Below, in pieces: positions 27,863-36,583 of a stretch of DNA of 64,000 bases. Numbering within the stretch: the stretch's first letter is position 1; every line of letters starts with the position of its first letter. The DNA comes from an uncultured delta proteobacterium (GTDB lineage Bacteria; Myxococcota_A; Polyangia; Polyangiales; Polyangiaceae), in assembly GCA_963696385.1 (NCBI GenBank), contig CAVOKF010000005.1, positions 960,001-1,024,000 of the forward strand, given 5' to 3'. The notes beneath the pieces were generated by a model. It was not told the origin of the DNA. It saw only the letters and a list, made by a program, of their open reading frames with translations, and searched no databases. A program made the translations under genes and the position numbers.

Positions 27863-28689
27863 GATCCGCCTCCCATGAAATGCCGGGCACGGAGCGCTTC
27901 GGCGTGGGTCTCGTCGAACGACGGAATCTCCGCGTCCCACTCGAGCAGAACGGAAGTGCCGCCCCCGAGCCGATAGGCATCGCCGAAGAGACGCCACACG
28001 TCGTCCACGACGGGACCGATATGCGAATCGATGACGTGGGTTCCGTGATTCGTATGTCCGGCCACGTGCATTTGCACGACGCGATCGAAGGGGACCGCCG
28101 CCAAGTAGACGCGCGGGTCGAACCCGTGATTGAAGGCGGAGACGTAGATATTATTGACGTCGAGCAGAATGGCGCAATCGGATTCTTCCGCCAGTCGGCC
28201 CAAAAATTCCCACTCGCGCATGGATGCGCCCGCGAACTCGACGTACGTCGACGGGTTCTCGAGCGCCAAGGGAGCGCCGAGGAAGTCTTGCACGTAACGG
28301 ACTCGCGCCGAGACGTGCGCCAGCGCCTCTTCGGTGTACGGCATCGGCAGCAGGTCGTGCGTGTTTTTGCCCGAGACACCCGTCCAGCACAGATGATCGG
28401 AGACCCAGCGAGCGCCTGTGCGGTCGCGAAGGACGCGGAGATCGGCCAGGTAGCCGCGGTCGATGGGATCGGTCGATCCGATCGACAGCGACACGCCGTG
28501 CATCACAATCGGGTATCGCCCGGCGATCGCATCCAGGTAATCGAGCGGCCGTCCGGACGTCTGCAGGTAGTTGTCGCTGATGATTTCGAACCAGTCGACG
28601 TCGGGCTGATGCTCGAGAATGTGACGATAATGCGCGGTACGCAACCCGAGGCCAATTCCGAGATTCGCAAGGCCGAAACGGTTGGCCAT
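27859..28689 (-). CDS. DUF692 multinuclear non-heme iron oxidative enzyme (MNIO; BufB-like)
   Basis: GLGLRTAHY, HGVSLSIG, SDHLCW, HDLLP, LENPSTY, LDVNNIYV, HVAGH, IDSH, LEWD. Confidence 0.95.
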   Translation of the reverse strand: MANRFGLANLGIGLGLRTAHYRHILEHQPDVDWFEIISDNYLQTSGRPLDYLDAIAGRYPIVMHGVSLSIGSTDPIDRGYLADLRVLRDRTGARWVSDHLCWTGVSGKNTHDLLPMPYTEEALAHVSARVRYVQDFLGAPLALENPSTYVEFAGASMREWEFLGRLAEESDCAILLDVNNIYVSAFNHGFDPRVYLAAVPFDRVVQMHVAGHTNHGTHVIDSHIGPVVDDVWRLFGDAYRLGGGTSVLLEWDAEIPSFDETHAEALRARHFMGGGS

Positions 28690-28736
28690 GATCACCCCAT
28701 GCTCCTCGCGGCGGCCGACGTCCAATGAGGCGCGGT

Positions 28737-28761
28737 GCGCCGGCGCGTGCATCGCCGGCGC
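28737..28761 (-). terminator. GC-rich stem-loop between precursor and MNIO genes (attenuator or mRNA stabiliser candidate)
   Basis: gcgccggcg / cgccggcgc 9-bp stem, 7-nt loop, ~15 nt after the precursor stop; no U-tract. Confidence 0.45.
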
Positions 28762-28775
28762 CCTCGAGCGTCGAC

Positions 28776-29048
28776 TCAAGCCGTCTTGCAGCCTCCTTGA
28801 CCCTTGCAGTCGTTCTGGGCCTTGCAGCCGTGCTTGTCGGTCTTGCAGCCGCCCTGACCCTTGCAATCGTTCTGGCCCTTGCAGGCGTGTTTCGCCGGAG
28901 CCGCCGCCGTTTGGGGCGCGGCGCTGCCCGACGCGGCAGGCGCCGCCGCGGCCGGCTGCTGCGCCGGGGGCGTTTCACCGGCACAGCCGGCGGCGCCAAA
29001 GAGAATTCCACCCACAGCCGCTGCAATCAACGAATGCGATATTTTCAT
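28776..29048 (-). CDS. Cys-rich RiPP precursor (bufferin BufA2-like), lipoprotein
   Basis: MKISHSLIAAAVGGILFGAAGC lipobox, Ala/Pro linker, then two 19-aa repeats KHxCKxQNDCKGQGGCKT; GAGGA RBS; upstream of DUF692/DUF2063. Confidence 0.85.
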   Translation of the reverse strand: MKISHSLIAAAVGGILFGAAGCAGETPPAQQPAAAAPAASGSAAPQTAAAPAKHACKGQNDCKGQGGCKTDKHGCKAQNDCKGQGGCKTA

Positions 29049-29109
29049 GATATTCCTCGTGAGTTGACGGTGTTTGATCGTGCCCCGCCTCGCTGGGCCG
29101 CGATTCGAA

Positions 29110-29134
29110 TACGTGCCCGGTGCTTTTTCGTTTC
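29110..29134 (-). promoter_or_regulatory. Candidate ECF promoter GAAAC-N16-CGTA for the precursor operon
   Basis: Minus strand gaaac gaaaaagcaccgggca cgta; same geometry as the site upstream of doxX. Confidence 0.55.
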
Positions 29135-29194
29135 GCTCGTTCTTCTCCCAGGCGGGCGGCGGCGAGGGTTGCCCCATCCGGCCGCGCCCGTCAA

Positions 29195-30625
29195 TCACAT
29201 CGAGGTGGGGGGCGTCGTGATCGCTCTGCGAATCGAAGCTCGCGGAGCGTGGTCGTCGAAGGTGATCGCCGTGCTCGCGACCCGGACGCCAAGATCGGAC
29301 CATAGCGCGGCCAGATCGACCGAGCCGGGCGCAAGAGCCAGAGCCCGGTACAGTTCGGAGACCACGGTCGTGCCCGTCGCGCGGTCGGCGGCTTCGAGAA
29401 AGCGCGCGATGTCGACGGTCGCCGCGGCGTCATCCCGGGCGCCGATCAAGCCGCGGAGCACGTCATCGAAGGACCGGTCCCCGCGCGTCGCTTCGCGGAT
29501 CCGAACGTCGGCGACGAAGCAGAAGAGGGCTCCGCCCCAATACGTACGGCCCCAGGTTCGGGTTCGATCGAGACCCCGGTCGCCCGCCTCGGGCAGCCCC
29601 TGGGGGAGGCCTTGCGCGAGCTCCCGCCAGTATCGTTCGGCGGTCACCAGCCCGGCGCGCGCCCGCACGATCGGCTCGACGTATGTCGCAATCCCCTCGT
29701 CCAACCAGGCGTGCGCGTGCCCGAGCGACGGCAAGGTGGCGTGGATCAGTTCGTGCGTAACGACCCAGTCGTCTCGCGCGGCCTCGGCCGTCAGTCCGTC
29801 GGCCGGTCGAATTACGACCGCCGGGCCGCCCTCGGTGATCGTTTCGCCGCGGGTGCTTTGGCCCAACCCCGGCACGATGATCACGAGCACTCTCGGCACC
29901 GGCAAGGCGCCGTAATAGGCGGCCAGGCTCGAGGCTCCGCGGGCGACCCAAGCCGTCAATTCGGGGGGGGTGAGCGGCAGGCCACGGGGTGCAAGTGCCA
30001 CGTCGATCCGCGCGGCGCCAACGGGGATCGTGTCGAGTCGAAAGGAGCCGAACACGGCGAAGCTCGCATTGGCCATGTCGGCCGTGGCAGCCTCGAACGT
30101 ATCGGCGGAACCACCAACCGCACGGATGCCGGTCGCGAAGTGCGTCGTGCCCTTCGTGGTCACTCGAAATCGAAAACGATTGCGGCCAACCGGTTCGGTG
30201 GGGCGGAGCAGCCACGTGGAGGGTGGCGCGACGATCGAATCGCCGGCAGCCAGCGCCGACTCCGCGTCGTTCAGACGGTGCGCCGCCTCGTCGAGCGCAA
30301 ACCCGTAACGGATCCGGCATCCCCCGCGGCATGGCGCGACCCACGTAGTGCCGTCGCTCGGCAGCGGCTTCCAGCCGCCGTCCACGGCGTATTGGGGGTC
30401 GCGTACGAATGGGGCGCCGTCCGGGTCGACTTCGAGAGCCTGCGCTTCGGTGGGCGCAAAGTCGGCGGCAATGCGTAGAACGTTTGCCGCGGGGCCGACC
30501 GCTTCGACGGCGTACGTCCAGACGAGAGGCGGGCCGGAAGGGGGCGCATGAAGCGCGCGAGCGCCGCCGGGGGTCTCGGGCATCGAACCCGCACAACCGG
30601 CCAAGGCCAACGCCGAGGCGAGCAT
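29195..30625 (-). CDS. Gluzincin (M61/M1-like) metallopeptidase, putative lipoprotein
   Basis: THELIH..WLDEGIATY zinc motif; TYWGGALF; LALAGC lipobox; start uncertain. Confidence 0.75.
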   Translation of the reverse strand: MLASALALAGCAGSMPETPGGARALHAPPSGPPLVWTYAVEAVGPAANVLRIAADFAPTEAQALEVDPDGAPFVRDPQYAVDGGWKPLPSDGTTWVAPCRGGCRIRYGFALDEAAHRLNDAESALAAGDSIVAPPSTWLLRPTEPVGRNRFRFRVTTKGTTHFATGIRAVGGSADTFEAATADMANASFAVFGSFRLDTIPVGAARIDVALAPRGLPLTPPELTAWVARGASSLAAYYGALPVPRVLVIIVPGLGQSTRGETITEGGPAVVIRPADGLTAEAARDDWVVTHELIHATLPSLGHAHAWLDEGIATYVEPIVRARAGLVTAERYWRELAQGLPQGLPEAGDRGLDRTRTWGRTYWGGALFCFVADVRIREATRGDRSFDDVLRGLIGARDDAAATVDIARFLEAADRATGTTVVSELYRALALAPGSVDLAALWSDLGVRVASTAITFDDHAPRASIRRAITTPPTSM

Positions 30626-30654
30626 CCAGGCGGACCCCGCATGCGAGCCGCGCT

Positions 30655-30679
30655 GTAACCGGGCCGGTGTTTTGCCGTA
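30655..30679 (+). promoter_or_regulatory. Candidate ECF (SigF/ECF16-like) promoter GTAAC-N16-CGTA upstream of doxX
   Basis: gtaac cgggccggtgttttgc cgta, 43 nt before the doxX ATG. Confidence 0.6.
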
Positions 30680-30722
30680 CGCTGGAACGGAAAGCACCAC
30701 CTCGGTCTTGGAGGGCTGTTCG

Positions 30723-31253
30723 ATGACGAACGCTTCGACCTTCATTCTGTCTTTGCGCACGCGCTGGCTCGACGCGATCGAGCCTATTCGATGGTTGGCA
30801 CCTTTGCTCGGTCGGCTCGCCGTCGGCCTTTTGTTCATGAGCACCGGGTGGGGAAAAGTTCATGACCTGGCCAAAGTCGCGGCTTTCTTCGAGAAGCTCG
30901 GGATCCCCGCTCCTGGTTTCAATGCGGTTCTCGTCGGCACCAGTGAACTCGTCTGCGGCACGCTGCTCGTGATCGGTCTGCTGACCCGGTTGGCGACGAT
31001 TCCGCTCGTCGTCAGCATGGTCGTCGCCATCGCGACGGCGAAGAGCAGCGAGATCCATGGGCTGTTCGATCTGGTGGGCGCAGACGAGTTCACGTACCTT
31101 GTCGTTCTGATCATGATCGCGATCCTCGGGCCGGGCTCGGTGGCGCTCGATCGGCTGCTGGTAGAGGGATTAACACGTAGCGAAGCGAAACCCGGGGTTG
31201 GTGGCGAAGCGAGACCCGGGGTTGGTGGCGAAGCGAGACCCGGATCACCCTGA
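30723..31253 (+). CDS. DoxX family membrane protein (BufD-like)
   Basis: RLAVGLLFMSTGWGK, ELVCGTLLVIGLLTR, GPGSVALD; C-terminus built from a 24-bp tandem repeat. Confidence 0.9.
   Translation: MTNASTFILSLRTRWLDAIEPIRWLAPLLGRLAVGLLFMSTGWGKVHDLAKVAAFFEKLGIPAPGFNAVLVGTSELVCGTLLVIGLLTRLATIPLVVSMVVAIATAKSSEIHGLFDLVGADEFTYLVVLIMIAILGPGSVALDRLLVEGLTRSEAKPGVGGEARPGVGGEARPGSP
31180..31243 (+). repeat. 24-bp tandem repeat (2.7 copies) gcgaagcgaRacccggggttggtg
   Basis: Units start at 31180, 31204 and 31228; encode EAKPGVGG/EARPGVGG. Confidence 0.9.
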
Positions 31254-31357
31254 GCGCTTCGCTCCGCCTCGACTCGCTTCGCTCGCTCGGCTCCGCTCTC
31301 GCGGAACCGGGCGGCGCGACACGTCGAGGGGAGCGCCGCTCCCCTCGAGCTCCCCAG
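31242..31357 (+). repeat. Interspersed palindromic REP-like element, copy 2
   Basis: ggatcaccctgagcgcttcgctccgcctcgactcgcttcgctcgctcggctccgctc identical to the 41502 unit; supplies the doxX stop codon. Confidence 0.9.
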
Positions 31358-31605
31358 CGCTCCCCAGCGCTCCCCTCGAGCTCCCCAGCCGGAGGAGCCG
31401 TCGAGAGCCGTGACCGGCCCGGATTGGTTGGGAAGCCAACGATGCGCGAGGGGCCGCGAAAAATTCATTCGCATGACAAATAGCCGTTGTAAGTGAATCG
31501 TCTGGGGGGTATGGTCTGGGCGTTTCGATGCGAAGGTCGGCGCGTGCTCTGCACCCCGACGCCGCGATGGGCGTCGCGCGGCCGCGCCGCGCCCGCGAGG
31601 AGGCC

Positions 31606-31827
31606 ATGAACATGTCGAACGCCACGAAAGCGCGCCGAATGGCGGACTCCGACGAACGACGCACGTCTTCCGTGCGCGCACAGACAGCCATCGTTCGGAC
31701 GCTCGCCGACGCATTGAGGCATCACACCGCCTCAGGTGAGGCGGCGCAGAGTCTGCGGCAACAGCTGGTCGAAGAGGTTTCCCGGCTGCGGCTGAACTTG
31801 GTGACCCCCGCGTTCCGCGGGCGCTGA
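31606..31827 (+). CDS. Small hypothetical protein (73 aa, helical)
   Basis: GAGGAGG RBS before ATG; amphipathic helix IVRTLADAL..LRQQLVEEVSRL. Confidence 0.55.
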   Translation: MNMSNATKARRMADSDERRTSSVRAQTAIVRTLADALRHHTASGEAAQSLRQQLVEEVSRLRLNLVTPAFRGR

Positions 31828-32240
31828 TCCCCTGCGCGCAGGACGGCGCGTGGCTGGCGGCGGGGCGGAATTGAACTCACACCCAGTCTCACGTGCGTCA
31901 CACGAAACGCGGCGGACACGATTTGATGAGCCGATGCGGCCTGCTTGTGTCAGTGATGCAGACGTGCGTCATCCGACGTCATCCGACGACCGGGCCGATG
32001 CGATGGGATGCGTGAGAGGCGTATGACTGGGTCGCTGGAGTATGGCAGTCGAGCAATGCGGCGGCGTTAACTATCCTCGTGTTCCCCCCGTTTGCCGTTG
32101 AGTGAATCGTTCGTCGGACGGCAGCGTCCCGAAGCGGAACCGTTCGCCTAGGGACGGCCCGGTTAGCTCGACGATTGGGTCTGCCGCACGAAAGGGCTTC
32201 ATTCCGTGATCACCTCAGGCATTGGGTCAACCGGGCTCTC

Positions 32241-34190
32241 ATGAGCGCGTGGCTGTTTTTTTCGCGCGCCTCGGCCGTTGCCTTGGTCTTGGCCGTACCC
32301 ATCGCCGCGCTCACCGCCTCTGGAGCCGGGTGTGCGAAAAGCGGCGAGGAGCCGCCGCCGCCGGGAGGGGGCTCGCAGAGCAGCGTATCAAGCGGCGGCA
32401 GTAGCGTGGCGACCAATTCCGTCGTCGATGCGGGCGCAGGGCCTACGGCCGTCGCCGCGCTCGGCATTCCTATCTTCCAGGCCTCGTGTGTGCCGGGACA
32501 ACCGAAGGTCGATTGGTCGCCGGTGCGGCGAATCTCCCGCGTCGAGTACAACAACATGGTTCGCGACCTCTTGGGCGACACGACGCAACCAGCCAACTCG
32601 TTCGAACCCGAGAGCCCCATGGCCAACGGGGTGAATTTCGACACCAACACGTATTCGGGTGTGAGTAGCCTCATCGTTCAGTCGTATCTTCAAACGGCCG
32701 AGACGCTCGCGGCGACGGCCGTCTCGAGCACGAACAACCTCAATAATCTATTCAATTTGAACAACGTTTCAGGCTGCAGCACTCCGCTGAGCGACGCCTG
32801 TGCGCAGCAGTTCATCGCTCAGTTCGCCAATCGCGCCTTCCGCGGACAGCTCGACGTCGCGGAAGACGGTGCCGATGCGGGCATTACGTCATCGAGCCTG
32901 TTTACGCTCTATCAGGACGTTTCGACGACGATTGGCGATCCGACCGCGGGCATTCAGGCGATCATCACGGCGGTGCTCGAGTCGCCTCGGTTTCTCTACG
33001 TCCTGGAGTTCGGCAACGGCAGCGCAAGTGGCAATACCGTCCCTCTGTCGCAGTACGAGATTGCCGGCCGACTCTCGTTGTTCCTCTGGCGAACTGTGCC
33101 CGACAGTGCGCTCATGACCGCGGCCGCCAACGGCCAGCTGGCTACGGCGGCCCAGGTCCAGGCCCAAGCGCAGACGATGATCGCCGACCCCAAAGCGAAA
33201 GACGCGCTCAACGATTTTGCGGTGCAATGGATGGAACTGCAATCGGCACCCACGGCCGGAAAGGACAGCCAGTACACCGTCTGGAACAGTCATCCCCAGA
33301 TCGGCGAAGAGCTGCTGGACGAAACGGTCACCGACTTTTCGCAAGAGGTTTTGCGGAGCGGTGGGACGCTCTCCGACCTTTTGACGACGTCGTCCTCCTA
33401 CATCAATAGCGACCTCGTGAGCTTGTACTTTCCCAACGGGGGTGCGCCCGCGACCACGGGCGCGACGGTGGCCGTCTCGGACCCGGCCCTGACCCAGACT
33501 CCGAGCACGTTCACCCAGACGCCGATCCCCAACCGGTCCGGCATTCTGACCACCGGCGCGGTGTTGGCCACCACCTCGCATACGACGCTCCCTTCTTCGG
33601 TCCTCCGGGGCAAGCTCGTACGCGAAGAGATCCTCTGCGATGTGATTCCACCTCCGCCTCCCAACGTCCCCGCGGTGGCGACCTCGGTCCCCGACGGCGG
33701 AACGACGCGAAGCATTTTCGCGGCCCACGAAACAATACCCCATTGCGTGGCGTGCCACCAATATATGGATCCGGTCGGCTTTGGGTATGGCAACTTCGAT
33801 GCCACGGGTGCCTACCAGTCGCAGGATGCCAATGGCTTTTCGGGAACGTTCCCGCCCATCGACGCCACGGGCCAGGTCCTCGAGATGCCCGGCGATAGTT
33901 TTTCGATTGCCGCGTTCAACGGCGCCACCGCCCTCGATACGCAGTTGTCGACGGCCACTCAGGTGCAACAGTGCTTCACGCTGGAGGAATTTCGGTACGC
34001 GCTCAGCCGGGTCGAGAATACCGACGACGCCTGCTCGGTGCAGCAGGCGTTCGCGAGCTTCACGTCGGCCGCGTCGAATGGCAATATCCAAGATCTCATG
34101 GTGGCCCTCACGGGCACTGACGCATTTTTGAATCGTTCGGTCGTCCCAGCGGGCAACGAGTGCGTCGTCGGAGGGAGTGCGTCCCCATGA
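32241..34190 (+). CDS. DUF1587/1595/1592/1588/1585 multi-domain lipoprotein with one CxxCH
   Basis: RRISRVEYNNMVRDLLG, LESPRFLY, YEIAGRLSLFLW..PD, RSGILT, RGKLVREEILC, CVACH..DPVG. Confidence 0.88.
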   Translation: MSAWLFFSRASAVALVLAVPIAALTASGAGCAKSGEEPPPPGGGSQSSVSSGGSSVATNSVVDAGAGPTAVAALGIPIFQASCVPGQPKVDWSPVRRISRVEYNNMVRDLLGDTTQPANSFEPESPMANGVNFDTNTYSGVSSLIVQSYLQTAETLAATAVSSTNNLNNLFNLNNVSGCSTPLSDACAQQFIAQFANRAFRGQLDVAEDGADAGITSSSLFTLYQDVSTTIGDPTAGIQAIITAVLESPRFLYVLEFGNGSASGNTVPLSQYEIAGRLSLFLWRTVPDSALMTAAANGQLATAAQVQAQAQTMIADPKAKDALNDFAVQWMELQSAPTAGKDSQYTVWNSHPQIGEELLDETVTDFSQEVLRSGGTLSDLLTTSSSYINSDLVSLYFPNGGAPATTGATVAVSDPALTQTPSTFTQTPIPNRSGILTTGAVLATTSHTTLPSSVLRGKLVREEILCDVIPPPPPNVPAVATSVPDGGTTRSIFAAHETIPHCVACHQYMDPVGFGYGNFDATGAYQSQDANGFSGTFPPIDATGQVLEMPGDSFSIAAFNGATALDTQLSTATQVQQCFTLEEFRYALSRVENTDDACSVQQAFASFTSAASNGNIQDLMVALTGTDAFLNRSVVPAGNECVVGGSASP

Positions 34191-35731
34191 ATCGAGTCGC
34201 ATTGAATCGGCGCCGCTTTCTCAAACTCGTCGGCGCGAGCGCTCTGTCGTACCCGTTCTTGCGCTCGGTACCGAGCTACGCGTCGGGAGATGGCGCAACG
34301 AGCGGGCCGGGTCCGTATCTTGTCTTGCTGTTCACGGCGTGCGGCTGCGTTCGCTACCAGTGGGGAGCCACCGTGCCTGGCCAGACCGCGACGCCGACCG
34401 GAACGATGGACGTCGTGACCAGTCCGCTGTCGTTTCGGCCCACTCTTTCGGCGTTCGCGAGTGCGGGTCCTGCGGGCGCCGACCTGAGCAAGTACGTAAA
34501 CGTCCTCGACGGGCTGCAGGTCAAAGGGGCCGGAGGTGGCTCGCACGAGGCCGGGATGGCCGCGCTCTGGACGGGGGCAACGGTATCGAGCAACAACACG
34601 ATTGCATCCGCGAGCATCGATCAGGTCATCGCGCCGCTTTTGGCCACCCAGCTGCAAATCAACAAGCCGCAATCCAATGTCGCGCTGATGGCGCAGAGCA
34701 GTGCGGACTACCCGCAGCGTTCGGTCCAGACGCGAATGCTGTACGACTCGACCGGCAGCTGGGTGGACCCGTATCTCACTCCATCCGCCGCCCTGAGCGC
34801 CCTCTTTCCAAACGCCTCAGGTTCGTCCAGCGCGTCGTCGGGGCCGGATCGGACGGCGTACATTCGCCAGAAAGTGGCGATCCAGGTCAACGCCGACCTG
34901 ACGGCTGTGCAAAAGCGGTTGTGCACCGAGGATCGCACTCAGTTGCAGAACGTCCAAGCGCTCTACAACCAGGTCTTGGCGCAGCTGGCGGCGTCGGCAG
35001 CCGCGGCGGCTTCGTGCTCGCCTCCTTCCATCGGTGACGCGGGGGCAAGCAACAGCTCGAGCAGCTCGAGCGGGGCAGCGACGGACCCGTTCCCGATCTA
35101 CGCCCAGGCGATGGAGAATATCCTCGCGATGACGCTCGCGTGCGATTTGACACGGGTGGCGAGCCTGCAGTTTTCGCATGCCCTGAGTCCCGTTACGCAC
35201 ACCTGGCTGAGCACCACCGCCGCGCCGCAGCAGGAAACCCATCACATGTATTCGCACAATGGGGCGTCGTGGATTGGGTCTTTTGGCAACGACTTCTACA
35301 ACACCGCTGGTTACAACGGCGTCACGCCGAGCCAGTATCCGCAGCAACTTATCAACATCGAGCAGTGGTATGCCCAGCACGTCGCGAGTCTGGCGTATAC
35401 GTTGAGTCAGATTACGAGCGGATCCGGGCATCTGTTGGACCAGACCGTGATGTGTTGGGGCAGCGAACTCGATCAGGGCAACATCCACAATCACGACGAC
35501 ACGCCCTTCGTCCTCATCGGCGGTGGCGCCGGCAAGCTGAAGACCGGCGGACAAGTCGTGCAGTTTCCGATGTCGGTTCTGGGCAATAGCGCCCAAAACA
35601 ACATGATCGGAACTCGCTTTCAAAATGATTTGCTCGTTACGCTGGCGGAGAAGGTCATGGGTGTCGACATCGGCGGAACATTCGGCAACCCCAACTACTG
35701 CACGGGGCCTATCACGGAAATTCTCGCCTAA
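34187..35731 (+). CDS. DUF1552 domain protein with Tat signal
   Basis: LNRRRFLK; SIDQVIA, LACDLTRVA, HMYSH, LLDQT..WGSE, HNH..PFVLIGG; ATGA coupling to the DUF1592 gene. Confidence 0.88.
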   Translation: MNRVALNRRRFLKLVGASALSYPFLRSVPSYASGDGATSGPGPYLVLLFTACGCVRYQWGATVPGQTATPTGTMDVVTSPLSFRPTLSAFASAGPAGADLSKYVNVLDGLQVKGAGGGSHEAGMAALWTGATVSSNNTIASASIDQVIAPLLATQLQINKPQSNVALMAQSSADYPQRSVQTRMLYDSTGSWVDPYLTPSAALSALFPNASGSSSASSGPDRTAYIRQKVAIQVNADLTAVQKRLCTEDRTQLQNVQALYNQVLAQLAASAAAAASCSPPSIGDAGASNSSSSSSGAATDPFPIYAQAMENILAMTLACDLTRVASLQFSHALSPVTHTWLSTTAAPQQETHHMYSHNGASWIGSFGNDFYNTAGYNGVTPSQYPQQLINIEQWYAQHVASLAYTLSQITSGSGHLLDQTVMCWGSELDQGNIHNHDDTPFVLIGGGAGKLKTGGQVVQFPMSVLGNSAQNNMIGTRFQNDLLVTLAEKVMGVDIGGTFGNPNYCTGPITEILA

Positions 35732-35898
35732 AACGGCGGGGCGATGTCGATCGCGATCGTCTACGTGGGCTCCCGCCAACGCCGTGCGCCGGGTACGACG
35801 TGCTCACGAACGTACGGGCAGCCGCCTGTGACCGTCGGGACGGTCATGACTTCACCGGCCCGGATCGGGAGCCGGATCGACCGCGACGGCGCAACGAG

Positions 35899-36576
35899 AT
35901 GAACGGCTTCGCCCGCCGCATGTGCGCCTTGGCGCTGCTGCTCTTGGCGGCCGTTTCGAGCGTCAGGACGGCTCGCGGCGACGGCCATGGGTCCGAAGTT
36001 CACCTCGACGTGATCCGGTGGCAGGTGATCGCGCGCCAGTCCGGGCCGGTCAACTATTACCGAGCCGTGAATGATCCTGCAATGCCGTTCGTGCGCGCAC
36101 AATACCGTCCGCCCGAGTCGACGACGGTCTTGGGCTTCCAGGTTGCGGACACGGATCGCAAGACGGCGGCGCGGTTGCGCTGGCAGTGGCGCGCGCTCGC
36201 GCTGCCGCGGAGCGGCGACGAATGCGTCGACGGCAAACGGGACTCGGCGGCGGTCGTCTATGCGACGTGGAAGGCTCTGATTCGCTGGTACACGCTGAAA
36301 TACGTCTGGAGCTCGGTCGGCGCGCGCGGCGCGGTATGCGATCGGAAGCGCAATCCGTTTCTGGCCCAAGAAACCGTTGCACTCGAGTCGGGCGGGCCCA
36401 CGGGGGTGTGGCACCAGGAGGACATCGACCTCAAAGCGGAATTTCGTCGTCACTTTGACGACGGGGATCCGCGTGGCGACGTGCCCGACTTCGTCGGGGT
36501 CGGGATCATGACCGACGGCGACGATACCCAGACGGACAGCGCGGCGGACTACGCCGATTTCGTACTCGTGCGATGA
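35899..36576 (+). CDS. DUF3047 domain secreted protein
   Basis: LRWQWR..GDE..DSAAVVY, LKYVWSS, VALESG..W..E, GIMTDGDDT. Confidence 0.8.
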   Translation: MNGFARRMCALALLLLAAVSSVRTARGDGHGSEVHLDVIRWQVIARQSGPVNYYRAVNDPAMPFVRAQYRPPESTTVLGFQVADTDRKTAARLRWQWRALALPRSGDECVDGKRDSAAVVYATWKALIRWYTLKYVWSSVGARGAVCDRKRNPFLAQETVALESGGPTGVWHQEDIDLKAEFRRHFDDGDPRGDVPDFVGVGIMTDGDDTQTDSAADYADFVLVR

Positions 36577-36583
36577 TCGCGGT

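Noticed and set aside
31828..32240. ncRNA or riboswitch in the long intergenic region (includes a cgtcatccga x2 repeat)
   Set aside because: No recognisable conserved motif or convincing long stem; a 10-bp duplication alone is insufficient
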